From an uncultured Victivallales bacterium (GTDB lineage: Bacteria; Verrucomicrobiota; Kiritimatiellia; UBA8416; CAYSRM01), in contig CAZIXB010000001.1 in NCBI GenBank assembly GCA_964543205.1, positions 1 through 39,615 of the forward strand: DNA of 39,615 nt, in the 5' to 3' direction. Both the position numbers and the translations under genes were made by a program. Positions 24,349 to 34,388 of the stretch are shown here, in pieces (the stretch's first letter is position 1; every line of letters begins with the position of its first letter). A model generated the notes under the pieces. It did not search any database and was not told the DNA's origin. It worked only from the letters and a program-made list of their open reading frames with translations.

Positions 24349-24998
24349 GCGCAGTAAAAATATTCAATACGGCTGGAGAGTCCGTTGGAGAATACGGCTG
24401 GCCTGAAGAGCTGCTGGAACTGCAGAAGGGCGCGCAGGCCGTGAAAGATGTGGTGGTGGCGCACCGAACAGCGTGTCGGGCCGGGACCGCATCCACATTG
24501 AGCAAGGGTGAGGTGGCCGGTAGCAATAAAAAACCATGGCGTCAGAAGGGTCTTGGCCGGGCTCGTGCGGGCTACAAGCAGTCTCCGCTGTGGCGCGGCG
24601 GCGCGGTTGCGTTCGGCCCGAAGCCTGGGATACGGAAGCTGAAGGTCAACAAGAAGGTTGCGTCTCTTGCTTTCAGGCGGATATTGAGCGAACGGATATC
24701 TTCTGACCGGGTCAAGATTATTGACAAGCTCGGCGGGCTGGAAATGAAAACGCGAAACATCACCAGTCTGCTCGAAGCCCTCCAGGTTGGGGAAAAGGCT
24801 TTAATTGTGGCATCCGGCGGGAATCATGAATTAAAGAAGGCCGTAGGCAATCTGCGCGGAGTGCGTCTGGCAAGGGCCGATGATGTCAGCACTTTCGATA
24901 TTATTGAAAGTCCTTCGCTAATTGCCACGCAGGAAGCAATGGATATTCTGAAAAGACGGGCTGGCGGTGAAATAGGAGCCGAGGGGGAGAAGAAATGA
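24345..24998 (+). CDS. rplD: 50S ribosomal protein L4
   Basis: GSNKKPWRQKGLGRARAG is the L4 motif. ATGA overlap with the rplC stop. Confidence 0.96.
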   Translation: MSAVKIFNTAGESVGEYGWPEELLELQKGAQAVKDVVVAHRTACRAGTASTLSKGEVAGSNKKPWRQKGLGRARAGYKQSPLWRGGAVAFGPKPGIRKLKVNKKVASLAFRRILSERISSDRVKIIDKLGGLEMKTRNITSLLEALQVGEKALIVASGGNHELKKAVGNLRGVRLARADDVSTFDIIESPSLIATQEAMDILKRRAGGEIGAEGEKK

Positions 24999-25279
24999 AG
25001 GATCCGCTCTCTGTGATATTGAGTTTGCAGGTAACTGAGAAAGGCGCGGTGCTTGCTGAGCACGGCAATAAATACATGCTAAGGGTGGCGCCGCAGGCGA
25101 ACAAGGTTGAGATTCGCAATGCCATTGAGCGGCAGTTTGGAGTGTCTGTTCTGTCGGTCAACACGTGCAATTATAGCGGCAAGAGGAAGAGGGAGCGAAC
25201 GGCCAAGTATGGGAAAAGATCCGATTGGAAGCGCGCAATTGTAACCCTCCAGGAAGGCGACACAATAGATTTAACGTAG
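24995..25279 (+). CDS. rplW: 50S ribosomal protein L23
   Basis: 94 aa in the conserved slot between rplD and rplB. L23-like sequence VTEKG...[24 protein letters not shown] overlap with rplD. Confidence 0.95.
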   Translation: MKDPLSVILSLQVTEKGAVLAEHGNKYMLRVAPQANKVEIRNAIERQFGVSVLSVNTCNYSGKRKRERTAKYGKRSDWKRAIVTLQEGDTIDLT

Positions 25280-25287
25280 GTGAAATT

Positions 25288-26112
25288 ATGGCTATAAAGA
25301 AATACAAACCGACAAGCGCAGGGCGCAGATTTGCCACGGTGTCCGAGTTTACCGAGATAACGCGGACTGAACCGGAAAGGTCGCTTGTGGAGAGTTCCGG
25401 AAATCATGCAGGCAGGAGTTCATCCGGCCGGATCAGCACGAGGCACCGGGGCGGCGGGCACAAGAAAAAGTACAGGATTATAGATTTCAGGAGAGACAAG
25501 GACGACATACCGGCAAAAGTTGCTTCCATTGAATATGATCCCGGTAGATCCGCAAATATTGCCCTGCTACAGTATGCTGATGGAGAGAAGCGGTATATAC
25601 TAGCTCCCCTTGGAATAAAAGTTGGCGAGGAAGTAATGTCAGGGGAGAAAGCTGAACCCAAGCGTGGCAATGCCCTTCCGTTGGCGAATATTCCGATGGG
25701 AACGTTTGTGCATAATATTGAACTTGTGCCCGGCAAAGGAGGAAAGCTGGCTCGCGGGGCGGGGGGATCTGCGCAACTTATGTCCCGGGAAGGAAATTTT
25801 GCAAATCTCAAGTTGCCTTCCGGCGAGGTTAGGCTTATAAACACAAAGTGCGTTGCAACCATCGGACGGGTGGGCAATCCCGAGCACGGCACATTAAGCG
25901 ACGGCAAGGCCGGCAGGAAGAGATGGAGGGGAGTCAGGCCCACTGTCAGGGGAGTGGTGATGAACCCGGTAGACCATCCGATGGGCGGCGGCGAAGGGCG
26001 CAGCTCAGGCGGAGGACACCCTGTATCGCCCTGGGGCAAGCTGGCCAAGAGCGGTAAGACCCGGAAGAGAAGCAAGACGTCGAACAAGTTCATTGTTAAG
26101 AGGAGAAAGTAG
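25288..26112 (+). CDS. rplB: 50S ribosomal protein L2
   Basis: [27 protein letters not shown] and [14 protein letters not shown] are canonical L2 sequences. The ATG at 25288 is preferred over the track start at 25225. Confidence 0.98.
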   Translation: MAIKKYKPTSAGRRFATVSEFTEITRTEPERSLVESSGNHAGRSSSGRISTRHRGGGHKKKYRIIDFRRDKDDIPAKVASIEYDPGRSANIALLQYADGEKRYILAPLGIKVGEEVMSGEKAEPKRGNALPLANIPMGTFVHNIELVPGKGGKLARGAGGSAQLMSREGNFANLKLPSGEVRLINTKCVATIGRVGNPEHGTLSDGKAGRKRWRGVRPTVRGVVMNPVDHPMGGGEGRSSGGGHPVSPWGKLAKSGKTRKRSKTSNKFIVKRRK

Positions 26113-26114
26113 AT

Positions 26115-26399
26115 ATGGCGCGCTCACTAAAGAAAGGACCTTTTGTTGACGAAAAATTGTTGAAGAAGGTTGAAAAGATGGAGCGGTCGGGAGCAAAACG
26201 TCCCATTAAGACCTGGTCCAGGCGGTCGATGATAGCGCCGGAATTTGTCGGGCACACCTTTGCGATTCATAACGGAAGACAGCATATTTCGATTTTTGTA
26301 ACGGAGAATATGGTGGGGCACCGCCTTGGCGAATTTGCCCCGACGCGGACATTTCGCAAACACGGTACGCATACGGATAAGACCGTGTCGCTTAAGTAG
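26115..26399 (+). CDS. rpsS: 30S ribosomal protein S19
   Basis: [12 protein letters not shown] and [27 protein letters not shown] are canonical S19 sequences. Confidence 0.98.
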   Translation: MARSLKKGPFVDEKLLKKVEKMERSGAKRPIKTWSRRSMIAPEFVGHTFAIHNGRQHISIFVTENMVGHRLGEFAPTRTFRKHGTHTDKTVSLK

Positions 26400-26411
26400 T
26401 ATTGGGGAATT

Positions 26412-26801
26412 ATGGAAGTAACAGCAAAATCCAGGCATGTAAGGATGTCGCCGAGCAAAGCTCGGGATCTGTCCAGAAAACTGAAGGGATGTTCGGTTTC
26501 GGACGCGTTAAAGTTGACAGACTTTAACAAAAGAAAGGCCGCTAAATTGATCGGCAAGACATTGAGGTCTGCGATCGCCAACGCTGAGAATAATGCGCAG
26601 CTGCCGCTGTCGAGCCTCAGGGTGAAGAATGTGATAGTTGATGCGGGACCTTTTTTTACTAGGTACTGGCCGAGGGCCAGGGGGATGGTGAGTGTAATAC
26701 GCAGAAGGACAAGCCATATTACGGTTATTCTGGATGATGACAAGAAGCCGGAAGCCTTGGTTGAGCCTTCCAAAACGGCACAAAGCGCCGGGGAGAAGTA
26801 G
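26412..26801 (+). CDS. rplV: 50S ribosomal protein L22
   Basis: Conserved slot, with L22-like RMSPSKARDL and GPFFTRYWPRARGMVSVIRRRTSHITV. Carries a short acidic C-terminal tail. Confidence 0.96.
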   Translation: MEVTAKSRHVRMSPSKARDLSRKLKGCSVSDALKLTDFNKRKAAKLIGKTLRSAIANAENNAQLPLSSLRVKNVIVDAGPFFTRYWPRARGMVSVIRRRTSHITVILDDDKKPEALVEPSKTAQSAGEK

Positions 26802-26803
26802 TT

Positions 26804-27439
26804 TTGGGACAGAAAGTTAATCCAATTGGAATGCGGGTTGCGGTGGACAAGAACTGGCGTTCACGGTGGTTCAGTCGTAAGAAAGGGTTTGGAGCGTGTC
26901 TGGTGGAAGACCAGAAAGTCAAGGACCTGGTGAAGAAGCGTCTGGAACATGCCGCGGTATCAAAAGTTACCATTGAACGTTATGCCAACCGGATGCGTGT
27001 GACAATTTTCACCGCCAGGCCGGGAATGGTTATAGGAAGGAAAGGTCAGGATATCGAACGTATCCGCGAGGAGCTTTCCAAAATAACAGCCAAGGAGGTT
27101 TACATCGAGATCAAGGAGGTTAAATCTCCGGATCTTGACGCGAAGCTGGTAGCTGAAAGCATAGCATTGCAGCTTTCGCGGAGAGTGTCCTTCAGGAGGG
27201 CAATGAAACGGGCCATCAAGCTGGCGATGGATCTTGGCGCAAACGGCATTAAGATCCGCGCAGGCGGACGTCTTGGCGGATCGGAACTGGCCAGGGTTGA
27301 GTGGTACAAAGAAGGGAAAATACCGTTGCATACCTTGAGGGCCAATATAGATTACGGGTTCGCTGAAGCGGCGACAACCGCTGGAAGAATCGGAATTAAG
27401 GTATGGATATGCAAGGAAAAGGAAGATGCGCAGGGATAA
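26804..27439 (+). CDS. rpsC: 30S ribosomal protein S3
   Basis: GQKVNPIGMRV, KH domain and GRLGGSELARVEWYKEGKIPLHTLRANIDYG. TTG start at 26804 after GGGGAGAAG. Confidence 0.97.
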   Translation: MGQKVNPIGMRVAVDKNWRSRWFSRKKGFGACLVEDQKVKDLVKKRLEHAAVSKVTIERYANRMRVTIFTARPGMVIGRKGQDIERIREELSKITAKEVYIEIKEVKSPDLDAKLVAESIALQLSRRVSFRRAMKRAIKLAMDLGANGIKIRAGGRLGGSELARVEWYKEGKIPLHTLRANIDYGFAEAATTAGRIGIKVWICKEKEDAQG

Positions 27440-27479
27440 GCCTGGCAGAACCAAGAAGATAAGAGGGGACTGAAAAAAA

Positions 27480-27890
27480 ATGCCTTTGATGCCTAAAAGA
27501 GTGAAGCACCGTAAGGTGCAGAGAGGAAGCAGACGCGGCAAAGCTGTATCCGGAACAAGTCTGGCTTTTGGTGAATTCGGGCTTAAAGCTCTTGGCCGGG
27601 GCTGGATCAAGAGCGAACAGATTGAGGCATGCAGGGTCGCGATGGGCCGGCACATGAAAAGAAAAGGCCGGGTCTGGATAAGAATTTTTCCCGACAAACC
27701 GATTTCAAAGAAGCCTATTGAAACACGGCAGGGTAAAGGAAAGGGAAATCCTGAGCACTGGGTTGCCGTAATAAAGCCGGGCATGGTTCTCTTTGAGCTT
27801 GGCGGTGTGACTGAACCTATTGCGAGGCAGGCTTTAAGGCTGGCTTCGGCTAAACTCGGGATAGACACAAAGTACATCGAAAGGCATTGA
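27480..27890 (+). CDS. rplP: 50S ribosomal protein L16
   Basis: [16 protein letters not shown] and [22 protein letters not shown] are canonical L16 sequences. Confidence 0.98.
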   Translation: MPLMPKRVKHRKVQRGSRRGKAVSGTSLAFGEFGLKALGRGWIKSEQIEACRVAMGRHMKRKGRVWIRIFPDKPISKKPIETRQGKGKGNPEHWVAVIKPGMVLFELGGVTEPIARQALRLASAKLGIDTKYIERH

Positions 27891-27911
27891 CGGGAAAAGG
27901 GACTGGAGCGG

Positions 27912-28118
27912 ATGAAAGCAGAAACATTGAGAGAACAGACTGACGAGGAGCTTTTTGGGGTTCTGGAGCAACTTGGAAGCGAGTTGTTTGACCTCCGGCT
28001 TAAGAACAAGATGGGAGACACTTCCATTCAGCCGTTGAAGATACGGCAGATCAGGAAGGACATTGCCCGGGTTAAGACAGTTTTAACGGATCGCAAAAGC
28101 GGCGTGGCGCCGCAGTAA
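27912..28118 (+). CDS. rpmC: 50S ribosomal protein L29
   Basis: 68 aa in the conserved slot. L29-like sequence [26 protein letters not shown]. Confidence 0.94.
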   Translation: MKAETLREQTDEELFGVLEQLGSELFDLRLKNKMGDTSIQPLKIRQIRKDIARVKTVLTDRKSGVAPQ

Positions 28119-28150
28119 TAATAGCAATGCTTGGAAGAGACGGTGTTTGT

Positions 28151-28429
28151 ATGATGGCTGAAAAAGAGGCGGATAAACGTACCGAAGCTGTCAGAAAAGA
28201 CAGGGACGGCGAGGTAGTTGGAAAAAGCGGCGATAAGACGGTTGTGGTGCTTGTTCAGCGCCGAACCCAGCATCCGCTGTATGGTAAAACAATTACGCGG
28301 CGCAAGAGGTACCACGTTCACGACGAAAACAATGAGTGTTCGGTGGGAGACCAGGTCAGGATTGTGGAGACCCGGCCATTGAGCCGAACAAAGCGTTGGC
28401 GCGTTGGCGAAATAATATCAAAGTCTTGA
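28151..28429 (+). CDS. rpsQ: 30S ribosomal protein S17
   Basis: [43 protein letters not shown] is canonical S17. The start is uncertain among ATGs at 28127, 28151 and 28154. Confidence 0.95.
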   Translation: MMAEKEADKRTEAVRKDRDGEVVGKSGDKTVVVLVQRRTQHPLYGKTITRRKRYHVHDENNECSVGDQVRIVETRPLSRTKRWRVGEIISKS

Positions 28430-28449
28430 GCGGCTGAGGGAATAAGAAG

Positions 28450-28815
28450 ATGATATCCGAAGAAACTGATATGGTTGTTGCAGATAATACCGGCGCGAAA
28501 CGGGTGAGATGTTTTCGCGTTCTGGGACAGAGAAAAAGGTATGCAAGGTTGGGGGATATTGTCCAGGTTTCGGTAAAAGAGGCGCAGCCTGGTGGCCTGA
28601 TCAAAAAAGGCGAAGTGTGCAAGGCGCTTATTGTCAGAACGAAGGCAAGAGTAGGCAGGCCGGATGGCTCCTATGTAAAATTTGGCGAGAACGCGGCGGT
28701 ATTGGTTGATGATACATTGAATCCGATTGGTTCGAGAATTTTCGGACCGGTTGCCAGAGAACTGCGGGACAGGAAATTCATGAAGGTAATTTCTCTCGCC
28801 CCGGAGGTCTTGTAG
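28450..28815 (+). CDS. rplN: 50S ribosomal protein L14
   Basis: [24 protein letters not shown] and the C-terminal PEVL are canonical L14 sequences. Confidence 0.98.
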   Translation: MISEETDMVVADNTGAKRVRCFRVLGQRKRYARLGDIVQVSVKEAQPGGLIKKGEVCKALIVRTKARVGRPDGSYVKFGENAAVLVDDTLNPIGSRIFGPVARELRDRKFMKVISLAPEVL

Positions 28816-28837
28816 AGGATAGAAGGACAAACTTGGC

Positions 28838-29158
28838 ATGAGTAGAGCGACAATAAAGAAAAACGATAACGTGACGGTTATTGCAGGCGTAGACCGCGGC
28901 AAAACCGCCCGTGTTCTCGAGGTGACGCCTGACAAGGAACGGGCGCTCGTCGAAGGTGTCAGGCTGGTAAAAAAGACGCTGAAGAAAACAGAGGATTCTC
29001 CGCAGGGAGGAATTACTGAGAAGGAAGCTCCGGTGCATATCTCGAATCTGCAGATATATTGTCCGGACTGCAAAAAAGGCGTCAGGGTTAAAAAAGAAAG
29101 AACAGAGGATGGCGCGCAGAGAAAATGCGTAAAGTGCGGCCATTCATTTGACAAATAG
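28838..29158 (+). CDS. rplX: 50S ribosomal protein L24
   Basis: KOW motif IKKNDNVTVIAGVDRGKTARVLEV in the conserved slot. Also has a CPDC...CVKC pattern. Confidence 0.95.
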   Translation: MSRATIKKNDNVTVIAGVDRGKTARVLEVTPDKERALVEGVRLVKKTLKKTEDSPQGGITEKEAPVHISNLQIYCPDCKKGVRVKKERTEDGAQRKCVKCGHSFDK

Positions 29159-29166
29159 GTGGGGCG

Positions 29167-29706
29167 ATGTCTGATTTGAAAGAAAAATACATCAAGGAAA
29201 TAGCTCCCAGGTTGAAAGAAGAGCTTTCATGCAGGAACTTCTGGCAGGTTCCTCGGGTTGAAAAGGTAGTTATTAATCTAGGTTTTGGCAATGCATTAGA
29301 CAAGGATCAGATCCAGGAAGTTATTGGGGATCTGGCCAGGTTGAGCGGTCAGAAACCTGTGGTGACGCGGGCTCGCAAGAGCATCTCCAATTTCAAGGTC
29401 AGAGAGGGAATGCCGGTGGGAGCCAAGGTGACGTTGCGCAGGGGAAGGATGTACGAATTTCTCGATAGGCTTATAGGCGCGGGTCTTCCGCGCATCAGGG
29501 ATTTCAGGGGCATATCTGCGGGGGGTTTCGACGGAAGAGGAAATTATACGCTGGGGCTCAATGACCAGTCGATCTTTCCGGAGATAGACCCCAACGATGT
29601 CAAGGTCACTCAGGGGATGGATATCACCGTTGTGACCTCGGCTTCTGATGACAATTCTGCGCGTGAGTTGTTGACAATGCTCGGGATGCCGTTTTCCAAG
29701 AACTGA
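29167..29706 (+). CDS. rplE: 50S ribosomal protein L5
   Basis: L5-typical sequences: LKEKYIKEIAPRL, KSISNFKVREGMPVGAKVTLRG, FDGRGNYTLGL. Confidence 0.97.
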   Translation: MSDLKEKYIKEIAPRLKEELSCRNFWQVPRVEKVVINLGFGNALDKDQIQEVIGDLARLSGQKPVVTRARKSISNFKVREGMPVGAKVTLRRGRMYEFLDRLIGAGLPRIRDFRGISAGGFDGRGNYTLGLNDQSIFPEIDPNDVKVTQGMDITVVTSASDDNSARELLTMLGMPFSKN

Positions 29707-29714
29707 GGAGGTAA

Positions 29715-29903
29715 ATGTTGGCTAAGAAGTCGCTTGTAGAAAAAACTAAAAGAGGCTCGCAGTTTCGTGTGAGGAATTACAACCGGTGTGAAAGATGCGG
29801 ACGTGCGCGGGCATATATGCGGAGGTTCAGATTGTGCCGCATATGTTTCCGGGAGTTGGCGTCTAACGGCGAGATCCCGGGTGTTACCAGGTCCAGTTGG
29901 TAG
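29715..29903 (+). CDS. rpsZ: 30S ribosomal protein S14 type Z (zinc-binding short form)
   Basis: 61-aa protein with CERCGR...CRICFRE (a CxxC pair twice) and a terminal W. Occupies the slot between rplE and rpsH. Confidence 0.95.
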   Translation: MLAKKSLVEKTKRGSQFRVRNYNRCERCGRARAYMRRFRLCRICFRELASNGEIPGVTRSSW

Positions 29904-29912
29904 GGAGATAAT

Positions 29913-30308
29913 ATGACTTTAGCTGATCCAGTTGCTGATTTGTTGACAAGACTTCGTAATGCTTACGGGGCCGGACACGAGGTGGTCGAGATACCGCATT
30001 CAAAGCTCAAGGCTGAAATTCTGAGGGTAATGAAGAAGGAAGGTTTCATAAAGGACTTCGCGGTGGAAAGCGGAGTAAAGAGAGTTATTAGAGCGTATCT
30101 GAAGTATACCGAGAAGGGCGAACCTGCTTTATCAGAGATAAAAAGGGAAAGCAAACCGGGGCTTAGAAGTTACGCGAATTCAGATAGTTTACCCAGGGTC
30201 CTTGGCGGGATGGGGGTTGCCGTGATAAGCACTTCGTCTGGGGTGATGACCGGCAGGGATGCAAAGGCTGCGGGCGTAGGGGGCGAAATACTGTGTTCAA
30301 TGTGGTAG
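29913..30308 (+). CDS. rpsH: 30S ribosomal protein S8
   Basis: [13 protein letters not shown] and the C-terminal GGEILCSMW are canonical S8 sequences. Confidence 0.97.
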   Translation: MTLADPVADLLTRLRNAYGAGHEVVEIPHSKLKAEILRVMKKEGFIKDFAVESGVKRVIRAYLKYTEKGEPALSEIKRESKPGLRSYANSDSLPRVLGGMGVAVISTSSGVMTGRDAKAAGVGGEILCSMW

Positions 30309-30322
30309 GAAGGGTATTGTAA

Positions 30323-30859
30323 ATGTCGAGACTAGGGAAAAAGCCGGTAACTATTCCAAAAGATGTTACTGTGGAGCCGGACGAATCCGGCGTTCGGGTA
30401 AAGGGCTCCATGGGTGAACTGCATCTTCCGCTTTCGGGCAATCTCTCATGTGAGATTGCAGACGATCAGCTTATGGTAAAAGCTCCTGATGAGTCAAAGG
30501 ACAGCAAACGCATGCTTGGACTTGTCCGGAGTCTGATTGTGAATATGATTGAAGGGGTCAGCAAGGGGTATCGCAAGGAGTTGGTTCTGGAGGGCGTGGG
30601 CTTCCGCGCCGAAGTGCAGGGTCAGAAACTCAAGCTTAATGCCGGCTTTTCTTCGCCTAAAGAGTACACGGCGCCTGAGGGTGTAAAGCTCGATGTCAAC
30701 AACAATGTTGAAATCACTGTCAGCGGAATAGACAAGCAGAAAGTCGGAGACGTTGCGGCGATGATCAGAGGATTTTGTCCGGCTGAACCTTACAAGGGCA
30801 AGGGTTTGAGATACAAGGACGAAATAATACGTCGAAAAGTTGGAAAGACGGTGGCCTGA
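30323..30859 (+). CDS. rplF: 50S ribosomal protein L6
   Basis: MSRLGKKPVTIPKDV and PEPYKGKGLRYKDE are canonical L6 sequences. Confidence 0.97.
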   Translation: MSRLGKKPVTIPKDVTVEPDESGVRVKGSMGELHLPLSGNLSCEIADDQLMVKAPDESKDSKRMLGLVRSLIVNMIEGVSKGYRKELVLEGVGFRAEVQGQKLKLNAGFSSPKEYTAPEGVKLDVNNNVEITVSGIDKQKVGDVAAMIRGFCPAEPYKGKGLRYKDEIIRRKVGKTVA

Positions 30860-30936
30860 TGATGGCTAGCGGCTGCGCCGGCAATCGGCATTTGAATTTA
30901 TAAACGGCTTAACAAGTCTGTGAATTGGGAAGAGTA

Positions 30937-31341
30937 ATGAAAGCAACCAGTCGGAAACAGAGACGAAGAATAAGGCATGAGAGGGTCAGGCGGAGAGTTT
31001 TCGGGACCGGTGATCGCCCGCGCATGAATATAAATATCAGCAACAGAAACGGTGAAGTTCAATTCATTGATGATGATAAAGGGATAACAGTTGCCGGCGT
31101 GGGGACAGTAGGGAACACGGATGGCAGACTGAATATGTCTGCGGCCTATGAGCTTGGGAAGGCCGGAGCTGAAAAGGCGAATGCTTGCGGTGTAGAAGAG
31201 GTAGTGATCGACCGGGCCGGCAGGAAGTTTCACGGAAGAGTAAAGGAAATAGTACGGGGCGCGCTTGAGAACGGGCTTAAGGCCGGCAAAAGCGAGACGC
31301 CCGCTGCGGTAGAAGGCGGCAATGATAAGGAGGAGCAGTGA
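30937..31341 (+). CDS. rplR: 50S ribosomal protein L18 (with ~18-aa acidic C-terminal tail)
   Basis: [14 protein letters not shown]-terminus and [24 protein letters not shown] core. The ATG at 30937 follows GGAAGAG. The stop overlaps the rpsE GTG (GTGA). Confidence 0.94.
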   Translation: MKATSRKQRRRIRHERVRRRVFGTGDRPRMNINISNRNGEVQFIDDDKGITVAGVGTVGNTDGRLNMSAAYELGKAGAEKANACGVEEVVIDRAGRKFHGRVKEIVRGALENGLKAGKSETPAAVEGGNDKEEQ

Positions 31342-31823
31342 GGTCCGAACCCTATACAAAAGAAGTCCAGGAACTGGAAGAACGCGTAGTTTTTATCAAC
31401 CGGTGTTCCAAGGTTGTCAAGGGCGGGCGACGCTTCAGCTTTAGCGCTGTGGTTGTTGTTGGAGATAAGGCAGGTTCGATGGGATTCGGACTGGGCAAAG
31501 CCAACGAGGTAGTCGACGCAATCAGGAAAGGCAGCGAGATTGCCAGGAAGTCGATGTTTCCGGTTACGCTGAGAGGCCGGACGATTCCGCACACTGTTAC
31601 CGGCGTTTGTGACGGAGGCAAGGTTTTGCTGCGTCCTGCCGCTTCGGGTACCGGCGTAATTGCAGGCGGCGCCGCCAGGGCTGTACTGGAGGTTTCTGGT
31701 GTCAGGGACATTCTTGCAAAGTCGCTGGGCAGCAACAACAAGCTCAATGTGGTCAAGGCTACGATAAAAGCTTTACAGAGTCTTCGATCCAAAGAGGAAA
31801 TTGACGCGATTCGTAAAAGCTAG
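31338..31823 (+). CDS. rpsE: 30S ribosomal protein S5
   Basis: [29 protein letters not shown] and [15 protein letters not shown] are canonical S5 sequences. GTG start after AAGGAGGAG. Confidence 0.97.
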   Translation: MRSEPYTKEVQELEERVVFINRCSKVVKGGRRFSFSAVVVVGDKAGSMGFGLGKANEVVDAIRKGSEIARKSMFPVTLRGRTIPHTVTGVCDGGKVLLRPAASGTGVIAGGAARAVLEVSGVRDILAKSLGSNNKLNVVKATIKALQSLRSKEEIDAIRKS

Positions 31824-31864
31824 GGATATTTCAATAACCGACAGTTTTAGAGAGGGATATCAGG

Positions 31865-32311
31865 ATGGAATTGTATTCTCTTGAGAAATCAAAGGGTTCC
31901 ACGACACGGCGCAAACGTGTCGGCAAAGGCAGAGCCTCAGGGAAAGGGAAGACTTGCGGCCGCGGACAGAAAGGACAGATGTCAAGGAAAGGCCACAAGC
32001 ACAAACCCGGCTTTGAAGGCGGTCAGATGCCTTTGATGAGGCGGATTCCGAAGAGGGGCTCTAATAACAAACCGCGACACAGCTATATAGCGGTTAATGT
32101 CGGGGATCTGGCGGTTTTTGATGAAGGCGCTGAAGTTTCTGTTAATGATCTGCGGCAGATGGGACTGGCGAAAGGCAATGCCGACGGGGTCAAAATTCTT
32201 GGACAGGGGAATCTTGATAAGAAGCTCCTGGTAAAGGCGCAGCAGTTCAGCGCAGCCGCAAAGGCAAAGATCGAAGAAGCTGGCGGAACTACAGAAGTGG
32301 TGAAGAAGTAA
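31865..32311 (+). CDS. rplO: 50S ribosomal protein L15
   Basis: RVGKGRASGKGKTCGRGQKGQ and FEGGQMPLMRRIPKRG are canonical L15 sequences. Confidence 0.97.
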   Translation: MELYSLEKSKGSTTRRKRVGKGRASGKGKTCGRGQKGQMSRKGHKHKPGFEGGQMPLMRRIPKRGSNNKPRHSYIAVNVGDLAVFDEGAEVSVNDLRQMGLAKGNADGVKILGQGNLDKKLLVKAQQFSAAAKAKIEEAGGTTEVVKK

Positions 32312-32313
32312 CC

Positions 32314-33666
32314 ATGTTTTCGGCCTTTGCAAATTCTTTAAAAATACCTGAACTTCGGCGTAAAATAATTTTCACGCTTGGTATGATCTTTTTGTGCCGG
32401 CTTGTAGCGACGATCCCGGCTCCGGGGATTGATACAGCGGCCTTACAGAGGATTATCAGTGAGATAGAAAGCCAGGTCGGAGGCGGGTTCCTTGGATTTC
32501 TGGAGCTTTTCAGTGGGGGCGCGTTGAGTCAGTGCGCGGTCGGCGCTCTCGGGATCATGCCCTACATCAGCGCTTCTATCATCCTGCAGCTTCTGACCGC
32601 GGTGGTGCCTGCCCTTGAACGACTGGCGCGCGAGGGAGATACCGGGCGGCAGAAACTGGGTCAGTATACACGATATTTGACTCTCGGCATCTGCATTATT
32701 CAAGGCTATGTGCTGGCTACCCTGGTAGAGAATCTGCATAACATTGACGCCAGCATTACCGAGCCTCTGGTAGCCAATCCTGGTCTGGGTTTTCGGCTTA
32801 TGACGGTTCTGGCAATGACAACTGGAACCATGATGTTGATGTGGCTGGGCGAGCAGATAACCGACAGGGGCATAGGCAACGGCATTTCTCTTGTTATTAC
32901 CATTAACATTGTCAGCAGGTTGCCTGAAGCCCTTTTTGTTACCGGCGGTCTTGTAACCGGTGGAGAGGGTCTGACTGCTACGTTGAACATTTTTGATCTT
33001 ATCCTGATGGCAGCAATGATGCTGGTTGTGATTGCCGGCACGGTAATGTTGACGCAGGGGCAGCGCAGGGTTCCTATTCATACTACAAAGCGGGTCGTGG
33101 GCAGGAAGGTATACGGGGGACAAAGCACTTACATGCCTTTGCGAGTGAATTATTCCGGTGTTATGCCGATTATCTTTGCAAGCGTCATGCTGCAGTTTCC
33201 ATCCAAGATACTTGAGAAGATACCCCTTACCAAGCGTCTAGGTGAAGCTCTCATGATGGGTGAGCCGCTTTATCTTGTGTTATACGCCGCGATGATTTTG
33301 TTTTTCTCGTATTTCTGGGTTGCGACACAGTTTAACCCTATACAAATTGCCGACGACCTGAAGAAGAACGGAGGCTATATTCCGGGGATAAGGCCGGGAC
33401 GTCCCACCGCCGAGTTTCTTGACAAGACGATGACCAGGATTACCCTGGTAGGCGCCATATCGCTTACCATCATTGCAGTGCTGCCGTCCATAGTTGCCAA
33501 GCAGTTTGGCATCCCATGGCTTGTTGCTTCTTTCTTCGGCGGCACAAGTCTTCTGATTATCGTAGGTGTTATGCTTGACACAATGAGGCAGGTCGAATCG
33601 CATCTGCTGATGCGCCATTATGACGGGTTTCTAAGGAAGGGCAAATTGCGGGGTCGTCGTCGTTAG
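32314..33666 (+). CDS. secY: Preprotein translocase subunit SecY
   Basis: 450 aa with 10 predicted TM segments. Contains ALGIMPYISASIILQLL and WLGEQITDRGIGNGISL. Conserved slot after rplO. Confidence 0.98.
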   Translation: MFSAFANSLKIPELRRKIIFTLGMIFLCRLVATIPAPGIDTAALQRIISEIESQVGGGFLGFLELFSGGALSQCAVGALGIMPYISASIILQLLTAVVPALERLAREGDTGRQKLGQYTRYLTLGICIIQGYVLATLVENLHNIDASITEPLVANPGLGFRLMTVLAMTTGTMMLMWLGEQITDRGIGNGISLVITINIVSRLPEALFVTGGLVTGGEGLTATLNIFDLILMAAMMLVVIAGTVMLTQGQRRVPIHTTKRVVGRKVYGGQSTYMPLRVNYSGVMPIIFASVMLQFPSKILEKIPLTKRLGEALMMGEPLYLVLYAAMILFFSYFWVATQFNPIQIADDLKKNGGYIPGIRPGRPTAEFLDKTMTRITLVGAISLTIIAVLPSIVAKQFGIPWLVASFFGGTSLLIIVGVMLDTMRQVESHLLMRHYDGFLRKGKLRGRRR

Positions 33667-33710
33667 GCGTACTGCCGATTCAGGAGAAAAATCGAGGAGA
33701 GCTATTGGAT

Positions 33711-34364
33711 ATGAATATTGCAATTTTACTTGGTCCGCCAGGAGCCGGAAAAGGAACGCTTGCGGAGATTGTAAGGGATAAGACGGGGTATGAACATGTT
33801 GCTACAGGCGACATGTTGCGCGATGCTGTCAAAAGGGGAACAGAGACCGGCAGAAAGGCCGAAGGCTACATGAAGAGCGGGGAGCTGGTTCCTGATTCTG
33901 TTATTGCTGAACTTGTTGAGGACCGCCTGGATTCGGGCAAAGGCAACGGGCGCTTTCTTTTTGATGGTTATCCCAGAACTGAGAAACAGGCCGAACTGCT
34001 GGAGAAGAGCGTTGGCGAAAGGAACGGGCAGATTTCCAGGGTATTTCTGCTGGAAGCTTCGCGGGAAACGTTGATATCCAGATTAACTGGACGGCGGATT
34101 TGCAGGCAATGCGGACGCAATTACCATGTAATCAATCGTCCGCCACGGCAAGAAGGCATATGCGACGAATGCGGCGGTGAATTGTACCAGCGTCCCGATG
34201 ACAAGAAAGAAACCATTGAAAATCGTCTTGATGTCTATGATGAACAGACCAAAGGGTTGATTTCCCGGTACGAGTCTGAGGGTAAACTCGAGCGCGTTAA
34301 TTCTGATCAGGATCCGGAAGCAGCTGCAGGCCAGATTGTGGATTCAATGAACCGGGCAGAATAA
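33711..34364 (+). CDS. adk: Adenylate kinase (Cys4 zinc-lid type)
   Basis: P-loop GPPGAGKGT and FLFDGYPRT. The lid has CRQCGR...CDECGG. The ATG at 33711 is preferred over the TTG at 33705. Confidence 0.96.
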   Translation: MNIAILLGPPGAGKGTLAEIVRDKTGYEHVATGDMLRDAVKRGTETGRKAEGYMKSGELVPDSVIAELVEDRLDSGKGNGRFLFDGYPRTEKQAELLEKSVGERNGQISRVFLLEASRETLISRLTGRRICRQCGRNYHVINRPPRQEGICDECGGELYQRPDDKKETIENRLDVYDEQTKGLISRYESEGKLERVNSDQDPEAAAGQIVDSMNRAE

Positions 34365-34388
34365 ATGGACTGATGCCGAGCCAGAGGA

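Noticed and set aside
26960-28027. 355-aa minus-strand ORF
   Set aside because: It is antisense across rpsC, rplP and rpmC. It has no independent signals and is a shadow ORF. The same reasoning applies to 28318-29154, 20352-21179, 19026-19817, 18207-18941, 35812-36519, 25404-26093 and 32443-33123.
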